64,000 bases of DNA from Bdellovibrionota bacterium. Its GTDB lineage: Bacteria; Bdellovibrionota_G; JALEGL01; DATDPG01. The stretch is from assembly GCA_963668355.1 (NCBI GenBank), contig OY764265.1:1-64000 (forward strand), in the 5' to 3' direction. Shown piece after piece: positions 41,455 through 51,631 of the stretch; the first letter of the stretch is position 1; the number at the start of each line of letters is the position of its first letter. Both the position numbers and the translations under genes were made by a program. Below the pieces are notes generated by a model that worked only from the letters and a program-made list of their open reading frames with translations, was not told the DNA's origin and ran no database searches.

Positions 41455-42546
41455 ATGATTCAAAAAATGTTACAGCCCGCACGACTCCTCAAAGGGGTTG
41501 AAATACTTCTTGCTGCTCAGCACAAATCCCTTTCACGTGCGCCGCAAAAAATGAAAGGAGACGCCTCCACACGTCAATATTTTCGAATCTTCTCCGAAGA
41601 CACTTCATTCATTGCGATGCTTCTTCCCGAGCAGCGTATGGGATATGGCGCCGAAGAAATCACCAAAACATCCCGAGACATCTCCGAACTGCCCTTCATC
41701 GATGTCCAAAGGTACCTTAAACAAAAGGGTGTTCGTGTCCCTCAAATATTTGGATACGAAGAAAAACTTGGTGTTCTTCTCTTGGAAGACCTTGGAGACC
41801 GGCTCCTTTTGGATTTCGCCAAGAGTGAGAATCCTGAAAACATTCAATTTCACTACGAACATGCCTTGGAAGAGTTGTTAAAACTTTCTATCGTCCCGGA
41901 GACGACTGATCGTAAGGATTCCATTCTATTTGCGCGACGCTTCGATGAAGATTTATACAACCTCGAATTTCTTCATTTCATCGAATACGGACTGGACAGA
42001 AATCTCCAAACGCCTCTCTCCCCCAAGGACCGAAATCTGATTTTTGAAGAGCTGAAAAAACTGACCGACTTTTACATTTCCATGGATCTGGTTGTGTGTC
42101 ATCGGGACTACCACAGCCGAAATCTTTTGGTTTTAAATCAGAAAGAAAAGATTGGGGTCATTGATTTTCAGGATGCCCTACTCGCACCTTTGTTCTACGA
42201 CTTGGCTTCTCTGCTTCGAGACTCCTACTATACCTTAAACCCAACCATGCAGAATGAACTCCTGGAACACCACAGAACCTCCATTTTGAGTCAGGGGTTC
42301 AAAAACACAGATACTCAAGAAACCTTTCGAAGGGCCTTTGACTTCATGGGCATTCACAGAAACCTCAAAGCGGCGGGTCGATTTTGTTTTTTTGACATCG
42401 AGAAGAACAATCCAAACTATCTCCCGGACGTCCCACGAACATTAAACTATGTTCAAGAAACACTGGACCGATACGAAGAATTAAACACTTTGAAAAATCT
42501 CTTATCCAATCCTTTTCAAGAAATATCGGAAAGATGTCACAGCTAA
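41455..42546 (+). CDS. amgK: MurNAc/GlcNAc anomeric kinase (APH family)
   Basis: GDASTRQYFR, LLEDLGD, HRDYHSRNL, IDFQDA, YDLASLLRD; paired with nucleotidyltransferase. Confidence 0.85.
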   Translation: MIQKMLQPARLLKGVEILLAAQHKSLSRAPQKMKGDASTRQYFRIFSEDTSFIAMLLPEQRMGYGAEEITKTSRDISELPFIDVQRYLKQKGVRVPQIFGYEEKLGVLLLEDLGDRLLLDFAKSENPENIQFHYEHALEELLKLSIVPETTDRKDSILFARRFDEDLYNLEFLHFIEYGLDRNLQTPLSPKDRNLIFEELKKLTDFYISMDLVVCHRDYHSRNLLVLNQKEKIGVIDFQDALLAPLFYDLASLLRDSYYTLNPTMQNELLEHHRTSILSQGFKNTDTQETFRRAFDFMGIHRNLKAAGRFCFFDIEKNNPNYLPDVPRTLNYVQETLDRYEELNTLKNLLSNPFQEISERCHS

Positions 42547-43271
42547 ACCAGGCCATGATCTTGGCAGCGGGTTTCGCCACACGCATGCGCCCCCTCACAG
42601 ACAACCTTCCCAAGCCACTTCTTCCCTTCCAAGACAAAACCCTATTTGAACACACGCTCGACTACCTTGTTTCTCAGGGCATTCATTCAGCCAGTGTAAA
42701 TCTCCATCATGCACGTGAAGCCTTTCACAAATTTTTGGAGACCGGTTACTTGCCCATTCCCATAACGCCTTTTGACGAAGATCCCATCTTTGGAACGGGA
42801 GGTGGCATCAAAAACATGCAATCCACCATTACCGCTCAAGACTTTGTCGTATTAAATTGTGACTTCCTCACGAGCATCGACTTACGAAAAGCGTACCAAG
42901 TGCACAAAGCCACGCGTGCTTTGGCCACGTTGATACTGGTTCGCCCACCCTTTAAAGAACGCTACGGGTGGGTGTCGCTTGGAGCTGAGAATCGCATCGC
43001 GTCGTTTAAAGCCTCCAAGAAGAAAAAGTTTTCCCAGAAGCATGGCGTTTTTTCCGGAATTCATATTTTAAATCGAGCCATTTTCGACCTCATGCCCGAA
43101 CAACATACGTTCTGCATCATTCGAGATGTCTACGAGCCCTTGCTGGAGCAAGGCGAAAAAATCTTTGGCTACATCACCGATGAGCCTTGGGTAGATGTCG
43201 GAGAGCTGGATCTCTATCGCGTTGCGGAAAAAACCTTACCCACCAATTCCTTTCCTTGGAGAACGTTTTAA
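42534..43271 (+). CDS. murU: MurNAc-1-phosphate uridylyltransferase
   Basis: AMILAAGFATRMRPLT..PKPL, GTGGGI, WVDVG; overlaps amgK. Confidence 0.82.
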   Translation: MSQLNQAMILAAGFATRMRPLTDNLPKPLLPFQDKTLFEHTLDYLVSQGIHSASVNLHHAREAFHKFLETGYLPIPITPFDEDPIFGTGGGIKNMQSTITAQDFVVLNCDFLTSIDLRKAYQVHKATRALATLILVRPPFKERYGWVSLGAENRIASFKASKKKKFSQKHGVFSGIHILNRAIFDLMPEQHTFCIIRDVYEPLLEQGEKIFGYITDEPWVDVGELDLYRVAEKTLPTNSFPWRTF

Positions 43272-43278
43272 ATCGCCG

Positions 43279-44539
43279 CTATTCTCCCACAGTGACTGTG
43301 AATCCGTTGGAAGCATGGTTGCCTGAATTATAAACGTAGATTCGCACCTCTGTGCCATTGACATAGGCTCCCGCGTTGAACGTCGCCGTGATTTCCGTAT
43401 CACTCCATGTTTCCGGAATCTGCATTTCCCGAATTCCCGAAGGTCCCACAATTTCAATTCGAGCCAGCGTCGTATCCGCATAGACATCATCCAACCAAAC
43501 ATCCGCATCTGAACCATCATGAGAGAAGTAACCACAAAAATACGCGGATCGAAGCCCTGACACATGCGCATCATCCGCAAACGTCATGACATCCTCCCGC
43601 GTTTCTAATTCGCCGTTCAATCGCCGTCCGATAAAGCCATTGGCAACCCCTTGCGTTCCGAGATGATCGTATATTTGAATGGAATTCCAGGACGATGAAT
43701 ACTCCGAAAAACCCCCAGCATCTCTTTGGTTGGTCGATCCATGATTGATGATTCCCCGGAAGTTGGTGTACCCCCGATCATTTCCAATATTGTAGTTGGG
43801 ATATCCATGCGTGGCATCCCCATCCGGATAGTGAGCATTCAAACGCAACAGTTTAATGTTATGGGGTCCGACATCACCCGCAATTCGCCATTTCATGGAA
43901 GCAAAGCCATTTTGACTAGGGCCTTTATCTATCCAATGGGACACCAAACCAGGAGCACCTTCCGAGTCCACACGAATTACCGACTTGGCGGACATACTTC
44001 CAGACCAATGAGCTTCTGAATCATACTGAACATTGGCCAAGCGTGTGTACGCTCCGATGATCGGCAAACCGATGGGGCCGCCAGCACTGTGACCTTCAAA
44101 GTCGTCCCATAAGTGGGGAGGTGCAGGGTCTTTCGCACCAAAGCCGCTTCCCGAAATCGTGATCGTTTGGCCGTGGCTGGGATTTAAGAGGTCCACGCCT
44201 GAGATTTCCACCTCTGAAGGAGGATCCTCACACAGAGAGAAATCGAATTGACAGCTCTCCAAACAACTCAAGGCCCCGCCAAAAAACCCAAAATCCTGAC
44301 AAGATTTTTTTATTGAGATCTTCTTCATCACACAGTTCGCCCACATCCAAAAAACCATCCCCACAGGTCTCAGGAACGATGGACGAAGGAGACGAATCAT
44401 CCGAAACATCTGAATTTTGTGAAAGACTCGAATCTTCTGAGTCGGCGCCAGAGACATGACTCTCCGAACAAGAAACAGCCAAATGAAGGACGCATAAAGT
44501 CAGCAACACTCGAATGGCCAATGGAAAACTCTCTCCCAT
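43279..44539 (-). pseudogene. Frameshifted lipoprotein: Cys-rich myxobacterial-type repeat + IPT/TIG-like + beta-sandwich domain
   Basis: 5' frame gives signal/lipobox (AVSC), Ser-rich linker and CGDGFLDVGELCDEEDLN; the motif continues in another frame as KKSCQDFGFFGGALSCLESCQFDFSLC; the switch lies in a 7-A run (T7 at 44305-44311). Confidence 0.8.
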
Positions 44540-44715
44540 AATCAACACTCTACTCCCATGCGAAGGAGGTGCCAAAGATCCAGAGACAAAGGCGTCCGCA
44601 ACCCTTTAAAATAAAAGGGTTTTCACGCAACACGTCTTCGAGTATGGCCCAGAGAAACGATTTCTCTGAAAATTTTTTCGAAAGATTCTGCGAACCGGCT
44701 TACGTTTGGTAGGAC

Positions 44716-45027
44716 TTACCCAGCCACCAACTTCTGGAGCTCTCCGGATTCAAAAAGCTCTCGCGTGATGTCACAGCCTCCAACAAACTTGCCTTTGACA
44801 AACACCTGGGGTGTTGTGGGCCAGTTCGAGTACGTTTGCAACACAGGTCTTAAACTGGGATCGGCCAAAACATTAACCGCCTTGTAGTCAACTCCCAGCT
44901 CATTGAAGCATTGGAGCGTTGCCGCTGAGAAACCGCAAAGCGGTTGTTCCTTCGTTCCTTTCACAAAAAGAACGACGTCATTGTTCTTAACCAATTGATC
45001 GATTTGATCACGAATAGTTGATTCCAT
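44716..45027 (-). CDS. grxD: Monothiol glutaredoxin Grx4
   Basis: KGT..QPLCGFS, SNWPTTPQ, GGCDI. Confidence 0.95.
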   Translation of the reverse strand: MESTIRDQIDQLVKNNDVVLFVKGTKEQPLCGFSAATLQCFNELGVDYKAVNVLADPSLRPVLQTYSNWPTTPQVFVKGKFVGGCDITRELFESGELQKLVAG

Positions 45028-45289
45028 TTTCTACCTCTTCTCGAAGGGGACTACTCTGCCATTGCTCTTCCGTGAATGTTTTGATGGAAAGAGCGTGTAT
45101 GGCACCTTGAATGTCTTTTTCCAAGGGCCCATAGACCAAACGATGTTGATCCAATAGGGATAATCCATTGAATTTTTCAGAAACCGCAACCACCTGAAAG
45201 TGATCGCTGGTTCCGGTTAGATCTCGAACAAACACATGGCCCCCATCGAGGACCCCCTGTAAACGCACTTTAATATCGTCTGTTTTCAT
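45008..45289 (-). CDS. BolA/IbaG family protein
   Basis: SDHFQV, FNGLSLLDQHRLVY, IHALSIKT; overlaps grxD. Confidence 0.93.
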   Translation of the reverse strand: MKTDDIKVRLQGVLDGGHVFVRDLTGTSDHFQVVAVSEKFNGLSLLDQHRLVYGPLEKDIQGAIHALSIKTFTEEQWQSSPLREEVENGINYS

Positions 45290-45322
45290 GATTTAAATCA
45301 TGTTTCTACACGATCTAGAAAC

Positions 45323-46813
45323 TCACAGCAAGTGGGGAGTCGCCAGCAAAACCGTAAGCGTCTGATTTTTTTTGGTTTTTGTATCGAAAAGGATGACATC
45401 CGATTGATCATCCTCATTGAGATTTCCCACCTTTATATACTGAGGAACCGAGACATCATAGGTACCGTTGGGAACTCCCGGAAAAGAACCGTCTTTCTGC
45501 AATAGGACTGTTAGTTCATGACGATTCCTGGCGTACAAGGCGTCCGGAAAACCATCCGCATTGAAATCTCCCTCTAAGGTGGGAAACAAGCCATCAATTT
45601 CCCCTTCCTGAAGATTGAAGCGAAACGAAATGTCTCTCGTCCAATCCGCTTTTTCCCCGTATCCCCTTTCCGAATATCGGTAGAGAGAAAAGTGGACAGT
45701 CACACTTTTTTGCAGCAGTGCTTTGATCACTGCCCATACATTGTACTGAGCCGAAGCCACCGCCAAATCAACACGACCATCAATATCAAAGTCTATCGGA
45801 AAGGCCCCCGCAGCTCGATTGCCCTCCGGCTTCAAAAGAGTCCCCTCTTTTTCAAACTTCCCCTTTGCATCAGCAAAAAAGATCCGTGTCTCCGCCTGCA
45901 TGGACGTCACGGAGCCCTTAAACTTATTCACCAGAAAATCTGTAATCCCGTCCCCATTTAAATCTCGGGGGAACGTCACCACAAAACTTCGTCCATCGTC
46001 GCGTTCCTCTTCGGACAATTGACGAAGAAAAATCCGTTCCGAGGCATTTGAAACCCCTGAAAAACGAATCACTTCATCCATCCAGGGAGCAAAGAAAACG
46101 GGGGCTCCTGGATCTTTGGGGTGTCCCCCAATCAGTTGAAGGTACCAGAAGGATGTTCTGGCCATGAATGGAAGATCGAATGGGCGTCCATTCACAGAAG
46201 ACTTCGAAAATCCTTTCGGCGGAATGGAAAAAACTTTGGATTGAAGCAAACCGTTGGGTTCTATCTTCAAAAAAATGACCCCTTCGGGAGAGGGAGCAAA
46301 AAAGCCTCTCGAGTGAATGAGTAATTCCAATGGCGTCACGTTCCCGTCAGGAACCGAAGCAAAGGGGAAAGGAAAAACGACTTTTCGTTTCTCTTGTGGT
46401 TCAAAGCCCTTTCCTTCCCAGCTCCAAACTTCCAAATGGCTTTTTCGAATCAGAAGAAACGAAGGCGTGGAAATCAAACGCAAGGGGATGGGGGCAAAAA
46501 ACAAGACATCATCGGGAAAAGGGGTTTCCGATTTGGAATGAAATTTTTTTTCGCTTGAATCCAGTGCCCACAAAGAAAGGACATTTTTCCATTCCGGATA
46601 GCTTCCCCGCCTTTCGATCAACAGGAGCTCCTGACCACCACCCTCAAAAAAATCAAAAAGCATGAGATGACGAAGTCGGCCCTTCAGGGAAACATCGAGG
46701 CGATCAAAAATCTCGGCCTTGGGCATAAAGGCGTTTTGTCCGGTGGCGGACAAAGGGATCACGCAAAACAAAAATAAGCTAAGTCCTATGATTTTCATGG
46801 GTTTGACGCTCAT
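45323..46813 (-). CDS. Secreted FG-GAP/VCBS repeat protein
   Basis: Signal peptide; DLNGDGITDF, DFDIDGRVDL, GDFNADGFPD, NLNEDDQSDV. Confidence 0.82.
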   Translation of the reverse strand: MSVKPMKIIGLSLFLFCVIPLSATGQNAFMPKAEIFDRLDVSLKGRLRHLMLFDFFEGGGQELLLIERRGSYPEWKNVLSLWALDSSEKKFHSKSETPFPDDVLFFAPIPLRLISTPSFLLIRKSHLEVWSWEGKGFEPQEKRKVVFPFPFASVPDGNVTPLELLIHSRGFFAPSPEGVIFLKIEPNGLLQSKVFSIPPKGFSKSSVNGRPFDLPFMARTSFWYLQLIGGHPKDPGAPVFFAPWMDEVIRFSGVSNASERIFLRQLSEEERDDGRSFVVTFPRDLNGDGITDFLVNKFKGSVTSMQAETRIFFADAKGKFEKEGTLLKPEGNRAAGAFPIDFDIDGRVDLAVASAQYNVWAVIKALLQKSVTVHFSLYRYSERGYGEKADWTRDISFRFNLQEGEIDGLFPTLEGDFNADGFPDALYARNRHELTVLLQKDGSFPGVPNGTYDVSVPQYIKVGNLNEDDQSDVILFDTKTKKNQTLTVLLATPHLL

Positions 46814-46908
46814 ACAGGCCAATGATAAGAGCTTAGTTCGGATGACAAAAAAAGAAAGATCTGAATTCAAAAACAACCTTTTTTGTCATTGAGAAGGGGA
46901 ATCGATTC

Positions 46909-47721
46909 ATGCCAAAGGACGCGCAAAACCATACGCAGATCATTAAACCCATCGCGGAAAAGTTAGCCCGTGAACTTCAGAGCGAAGGGGTAATTTTAAA
47001 TTGGGAAGCCGAAGAGACCACTCTACCGGATTCCTCCCCTTACTCCGACATTTCGCCTCAAGATTTGGCCCGAAAAATCGACCATACGCTGCTCAAGCCG
47101 GAATCCACAGAAGCCGATGTGGACCGAATGTGCGAAGAAGCGAGGGAGTGGAGTTTCGCTTCGGTTTGTGTGAACGGAACCCACACGGCTCAAACGGCCA
47201 AAAAACTCAAGGGCTCTCAGAGCAAAGCCATTACGGTTGTGGGATTTCCTTTGGGGGCCATGCTTCCCGAAGCCAAAGCGTTCGAAGCCAAATTGGCTTT
47301 GGAACAAGGAGCCCAAGAAATCGATATGGTGATGAATATTGGAGCGCTTAAGTCCAAGAATTACGCCCTGGTTTTGAGGGACATGCAGGCCGTTCAACAT
47401 GAATGCGGTCCCCGAAAGCTCAAAGTGATTTTGGAAACGGGTAGCTTAAACCAAGAAGAAAAAATTGAAGCTTGTCTCTTGGCCAAAACCGCCCGAGTCG
47501 CTTTCGTCAAAACATCCACGGGATTCGGAAAGGGGGGAGCCACGGTTGAAGACATTCAACTCATGCGCGAAGTCGTTGGCAATGAGATGCAGGTCAAAGC
47601 CAGTGGGGGAATTCGAACCCGGGAAGACGCCGTAGCCATGTTGAATGCCGGAGCTGACCGCCTTGGATGCAGCGCCAGCGTTGCCATCGTAAAAGGAAAC
47701 ACAGGGGGAGAAGGATATTGA
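46909..47721 (+). CDS. deoC: Deoxyribose-phosphate aldolase
   Basis: IDHTLLKP, VVGFPLG, EIDMVMN, FVKTSTGF, VKASGGIR. Confidence 0.97.
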   Translation: MPKDAQNHTQIIKPIAEKLARELQSEGVILNWEAEETTLPDSSPYSDISPQDLARKIDHTLLKPESTEADVDRMCEEAREWSFASVCVNGTHTAQTAKKLKGSQSKAITVVGFPLGAMLPEAKAFEAKLALEQGAQEIDMVMNIGALKSKNYALVLRDMQAVQHECGPRKLKVILETGSLNQEEKIEACLLAKTARVAFVKTSTGFGKGGATVEDIQLMREVVGNEMQVKASGGIRTREDAVAMLNAGADRLGCSASVAIVKGNTGGEGY

Positions 47722-48548
47722 CTAAATTATCTGCAACGACGGTCGCTGCGGAAGGCAACCGCCAATATCATCTAGATTGCAAACCCGGCGATCTTGCCGA
47801 AAACATTCTTATGGTCGGTGATCCCGAACGCGTGAAAAAAGTGCTGACACGATTTGAGAGCGTGCGATTTCAGCATTCCCATCGTGAGTATGTTGTGGCC
47901 ACGGGCCTTTTTCAGGGCGTAGAACTTTCGGTCCTGGCCACGGGAATGGGGCAAGACACGACGGAAATCGCCGTGATTGAAAGCTGTCAAATCACGAAGT
48001 CTCCAACATTCATTCGATGTGGAAGCAGCGGAGCCCTTCAACCTGAGCCCAAATTGGGGGATTTGGCGATTTCCCAAGCCTCGCTTCGACTGGACAAAAC
48101 CACCTATTATTATGTTCCGGACAGTTACCCCGCCATCGCCGATACGGAAGTGGTCCTGGCTTTGGCGCAATCCTGTAAACAGAATGCGGCGCCTTTTCAT
48201 GTGGGTTTGACGGCCAGTGCCCCCGGTTTTTTTGGCCCTCAAGGAAGAGAACTTCCGGGATTTCCCATTCGCTTTCCGGAATTGCCCAATGAATTGGCTC
48301 GATGCGGAGTCATGAATTTTGAAATGGAAACCGCTACGCTCTTCACCTTGGCAAAGCTAAGAGGCGTTCGCGCGGGCGCCATTTGTGCCATTTTTGGCAA
48401 TCGCTCTCAGGACCAATTTGCAGACCCCACAGAGCGGGAAAAAGCAGAGGCCAGATGCATTGACGCTGCCTTACAAGCTTTTCCGATTTTGCAAAAAATG
48501 GATGCACAAAAAAATGAAGAAGGGACGCCCATATGGACACCGAGTTAA
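47718..48548 (+). CDS. udp: Uridine phosphorylase (NP-I family)
   Basis: QYHL, GDPERV, HREY, TGMG, IRCGSSG, GFFGPQGR (uracil-binding Q-x-R kept), NFEME; TTG start overlapping deoC stop. Confidence 0.85.
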   Translation: MTKLSATTVAAEGNRQYHLDCKPGDLAENILMVGDPERVKKVLTRFESVRFQHSHREYVVATGLFQGVELSVLATGMGQDTTEIAVIESCQITKSPTFIRCGSSGALQPEPKLGDLAISQASLRLDKTTYYYVPDSYPAIADTEVVLALAQSCKQNAAPFHVGLTASAPGFFGPQGRELPGFPIRFPELPNELARCGVMNFEMETATLFTLAKLRGVRAGAICAIFGNRSQDQFADPTEREKAEARCIDAALQAFPILQKMDAQKNEEGTPIWTPS

Positions 48549-49387
48549 CTTCCACTGAGGAGTGGAAAACCGTCATCACAAAATGCCTTCAAACCTTGCG
48601 CAGTCGCTTTGGGGATTCTTCCCCAGACATGGCCATGATCTTGGGATCAGGTTTGGGATCCTTCGCGGACGAACTTGAAGACAGCTTACACCTTCCCTAT
48701 GGAGATCTCCCCGGATTTCCTCTTCCGACGGTTCCCGGTCATTCGGGAGAGTGTGTGGTTGGGAAAATGGGAGACAAGCGCGTCCTCATTTTTCGCGGAA
48801 GATTTCACTTTTACGAGGGACACTCCCTTCACACAGCAACGTTACCTGTCAGAGTTGCCGGCGCGTGGAAGATTCCGACGCTAATCGTCACCAATGCGGC
48901 TGGAGGCATCCGAAAAGACTGGGCCCCCGCCTCCCTCATGGTGATCTCCGATCATTTAAACCTACTGGGACATAACCCTTTGAGGGGAGCAAACTTGGAT
49001 GATTTTGGAACCCGCTTTCCAGATCTATCCAATGCATACGATCCTGCGTATCGGAAACAAATGTTTGAGATTGCTCAGAAAGCTAATATCGACCTAAAAG
49101 AAGGCATATACGCAGCCATGAATGGACCTTCCTATGAAACACCTGCGGAAGTGAGAATGCTTCGAACTTTGGGAGCGGATGCCGTGGGAATGTCAACGGT
49201 TCCAGAAACCATTGTGGCCAGGCACCACGGCATGCGCGTTCTAGGCATGTCGTGCATTACGAATCACGCTGCAGGCGTGCAAGATGACCCAGGGCAAGAG
49301 GTCAATCACGAAGAAGTCATCGAAAACAGTAAGAAAGCCGAAGCCCATTTCAAAAAACTTTTAAAAGCGTGGGTAAAAGCCGTTTAG
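48533..49387 (+). CDS. punA: Purine nucleoside phosphorylase (trimeric, inosine/guanosine type)
   Basis: ILGSGLG, VPGHSG, GRFHFYEG, TNAAGG, GPSYETPAE, VGMSTVPE. Confidence 0.94.
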   Translation: MDTELTSTEEWKTVITKCLQTLRSRFGDSSPDMAMILGSGLGSFADELEDSLHLPYGDLPGFPLPTVPGHSGECVVGKMGDKRVLIFRGRFHFYEGHSLHTATLPVRVAGAWKIPTLIVTNAAGGIRKDWAPASLMVISDHLNLLGHNPLRGANLDDFGTRFPDLSNAYDPAYRKQMFEIAQKANIDLKEGIYAAMNGPSYETPAEVRMLRTLGADAVGMSTVPETIVARHHGMRVLGMSCITNHAAGVQDDPGQEVNHEEVIENSKKAEAHFKKLLKAWVKAV

Positions 49388-49842
49388 TTCGTTTCTTCTG
49401 GAACACCGATATCCTCGTTCCATAAATCCGGCTTTTCTCGGATCATCCGCCGCATGAGTTCTTTACACTCTTCATTGTCTAAGTGTGTGAGATTCACACC
49501 TTTGGTTTGAAGCCAATCCTCGGCCCCCATAAACGTTTCATTTTCGCCAATGATGACATTTGGAATCTTAAACAACAGCGCCGTTCCGGAACACATCGAA
49601 CACGGGCTCAACGTGCTGACCAAAGTCAGCTTATGCCAATCTCTCCTTCTTCCCGCATTTCGAATGCATTCCATTTCAGCATGAGCCGTCGGGTCATCTT
49701 TCTGAACCCGCATATTATGGCCTCGGGCCACAACATTTCCGTTTTCATCCGCTAGAACCGAGCCAATGGGAATGCCTCCTTCTTCCCAACCTTTTTTTGC
49801 TTCATGAATCGCCTCTTGTAAAAGTTCCTCGTGAGACATCAT
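49384..49842 (-). CDS. Zn-dependent deaminase, yeast Fcy1-type cytosine deaminase
   Basis: EGGIPIG, GHNMRVQ, HAE, LSPCSMC, IGEN..F, and the C-terminal WNEDIG lid characteristic of Fcy1. Confidence 0.82.
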   Translation of the reverse strand: MMSHEELLQEAIHEAKKGWEEGGIPIGSVLADENGNVVARGHNMRVQKDDPTAHAEMECIRNAGRRRDWHKLTLVSTLSPCSMCSGTALLFKIPNVIIGENETFMGAEDWLQTKGVNLTHLDNEECKELMRRMIREKPDLWNEDIGVPEETN

Positions 49843-49851
49843 CGACCTTTC

Positions 49852-50721
49852 CTATAAGAATTTAAGAATGTCCTTTGGGTCTTCTTCAAATTTTCCCTGA
49901 TCCCATTCGGCTTTGATTCGCAGCCCTTCCAACGCCATCTGAATGGCCGGATCGGGATCTGGATGTTCGAATTCGGTTCCTCCCGTATCATGGCTGCCAT
50001 ACGGGGAAAGAATCTGAAGCATACATCCAGCTTCGATGTTTAATGGAGAAGACGCGTTGTAGAGATCAGACAAAATTGTCAAAACACTGAATTCCATCTC
50101 CGTTGCCAAAACACCCATTTCTTGAAAGGCATTCAGAATGACTTCCCGCGAGGCGGCCAAAGGAGATTGTTTGGGAGCTTCGGTCGCATACAACTCGTCT
50201 TTGGCATGTACCGGGCCAAACCATAAGTCTTGTCCCAACGTTCGTTGGCTGTTCTTTCCGGCCAACAATAAAGCCAGAGAAATTTTTGTTCCCGCAACCG
50301 AGGGGTACGCACTGGGAATCCATTTTTCCGTCGTCCCTTCGTCCCGAACGGCAGAGTTGGCCACAACAATATGCCCCACCTTAACAAAATCTTGCCAAGC
50401 GCCCGCCGTTCCCAAACGAACCAAACTCACGCGCCCGTTGTCAGGGGCATCAACGGAATCCAACACCTCCGGCAAAACGATCGCCGTAGAAGCCGGACCC
50501 ATTCCGCAACATACGGCGGTAATCAATATTCCTCGATAATCCCCACGAATGCATCGAAGGCCACGATTCTCCGAAAGCGTGGTCGGCTGACTTAAGAAAC
50601 TTGCAATGCGCGTAACCCTCTCCGGAGAACCACATGTAATGATATGCGGAGAGATATCTCCTTTTTTCACATGCAGGTGGTGACAAAATCCCTGTTGATC
50701 TCGAAATACATTCATCATCAT
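49852..50721 (-). CDS. Divergent uridine-phosphorylase-like NP-I enzyme
   Basis: HHL, GSPERV, NRG, GMGPAS, RLGTAG, RDEGTT, TEMEF; base-binding segment reads DELYATE. Confidence 0.82.
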   Translation of the reverse strand: MMMNVFRDQQGFCHHLHVKKGDISPHIITCGSPERVTRIASFLSQPTTLSENRGLRCIRGDYRGILITAVCCGMGPASTAIVLPEVLDSVDAPDNGRVSLVRLGTAGAWQDFVKVGHIVVANSAVRDEGTTEKWIPSAYPSVAGTKISLALLLAGKNSQRTLGQDLWFGPVHAKDELYATEAPKQSPLAASREVILNAFQEMGVLATEMEFSVLTILSDLYNASSPLNIEAGCMLQILSPYGSHDTGGTEFEHPDPDPAIQMALEGLRIKAEWDQGKFEEDPKDILKFL

Positions 50722-50806
50722 TCCTCATCTTAAGGGCCCCAGGCCCGATCTGGCAATCCTTTGTGTTTTACCCGAAATCTTTGCCGATCCTTCAAAGAGC
50801 ACTATA

Positions 50807-51631
50807 GTGCGCTTCATGGAACAGCAATATCTTCAGCTGGAATGCACGAAAAATGAGCGGAAACACGAATATGGTGAACACGTTCATCTGGTTTCTGACC
50901 CCGTCTGCATTAGCCGATTGGCAAGGCTTTGCAGTCCGGAGTGCGTTCAACCCGAAATCAATCGGTTGATTGGAAGCCTCTACCACACCCTGGCGCATTA
51001 CGTAGCCAACCGGGAGTTGCCTCGAACGCCGACCGAAGTTCCAACACGAATGGCCGAAGCCCATCCGAAAGAAGGTATTTATCGAGGAGAGGTCATTGAC
51101 CGAAACACTCGCGCCATATTCGTGGATTTAGCACGAGCCGGAATGCTTCCATCGATTCAGGCCTTTGAAATGTATTCAGGCTTGCTCCACCCCGCCAATG
51201 TTCGCGTGGACCACATCTTCATCAATCGAGCTGTGGATGAAGACAAACGGGTCACAGGAGCCCCGATACATGCCTCAAAAATTGGAGGGCCGGTCAGCGA
51301 TGCCATCATCATCATTCCTGACCCCATGGGAGCCACTGGAAACTCCATGTCCAACGTGATTTCCTATTACCAAAAAGAGGTTTCTGGAAAACCCTTAAAA
51401 TGGATTGCGCTGAACCTGATCATCACCCCCGAATACATTCGGAAACTTAAAAACGATCATCCCGAAGTACAAATTTACGCTTTTCGATTGGATCGAGGCT
51501 TTAGTTCTGAGAAAGCGTTAAACGCCGTTCCCGGAAAGTATTGGGATGAAGAAAAAGGACTCAATGACCAACAATACATCGTCCCTGGAGGCGGTGGTTT
51601 TGGAGAAATCATTAGCAACGCATTTGTATGA
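50807..51631 (+). CDS. upp: Uracil phosphoribosyltransferase, divergent
   Basis: LARAG, PRPP motif IIPDPMGATG, LNDQQYIVPG. Confidence 0.8.
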   Translation: MRFMEQQYLQLECTKNERKHEYGEHVHLVSDPVCISRLARLCSPECVQPEINRLIGSLYHTLAHYVANRELPRTPTEVPTRMAEAHPKEGIYRGEVIDRNTRAIFVDLARAGMLPSIQAFEMYSGLLHPANVRVDHIFINRAVDEDKRVTGAPIHASKIGGPVSDAIIIIPDPMGATGNSMSNVISYYQKEVSGKPLKWIALNLIITPEYIRKLKNDHPEVQIYAFRLDRGFSSEKALNAVPGKYWDEEKGLNDQQYIVPGGGGFGEIISNAFV

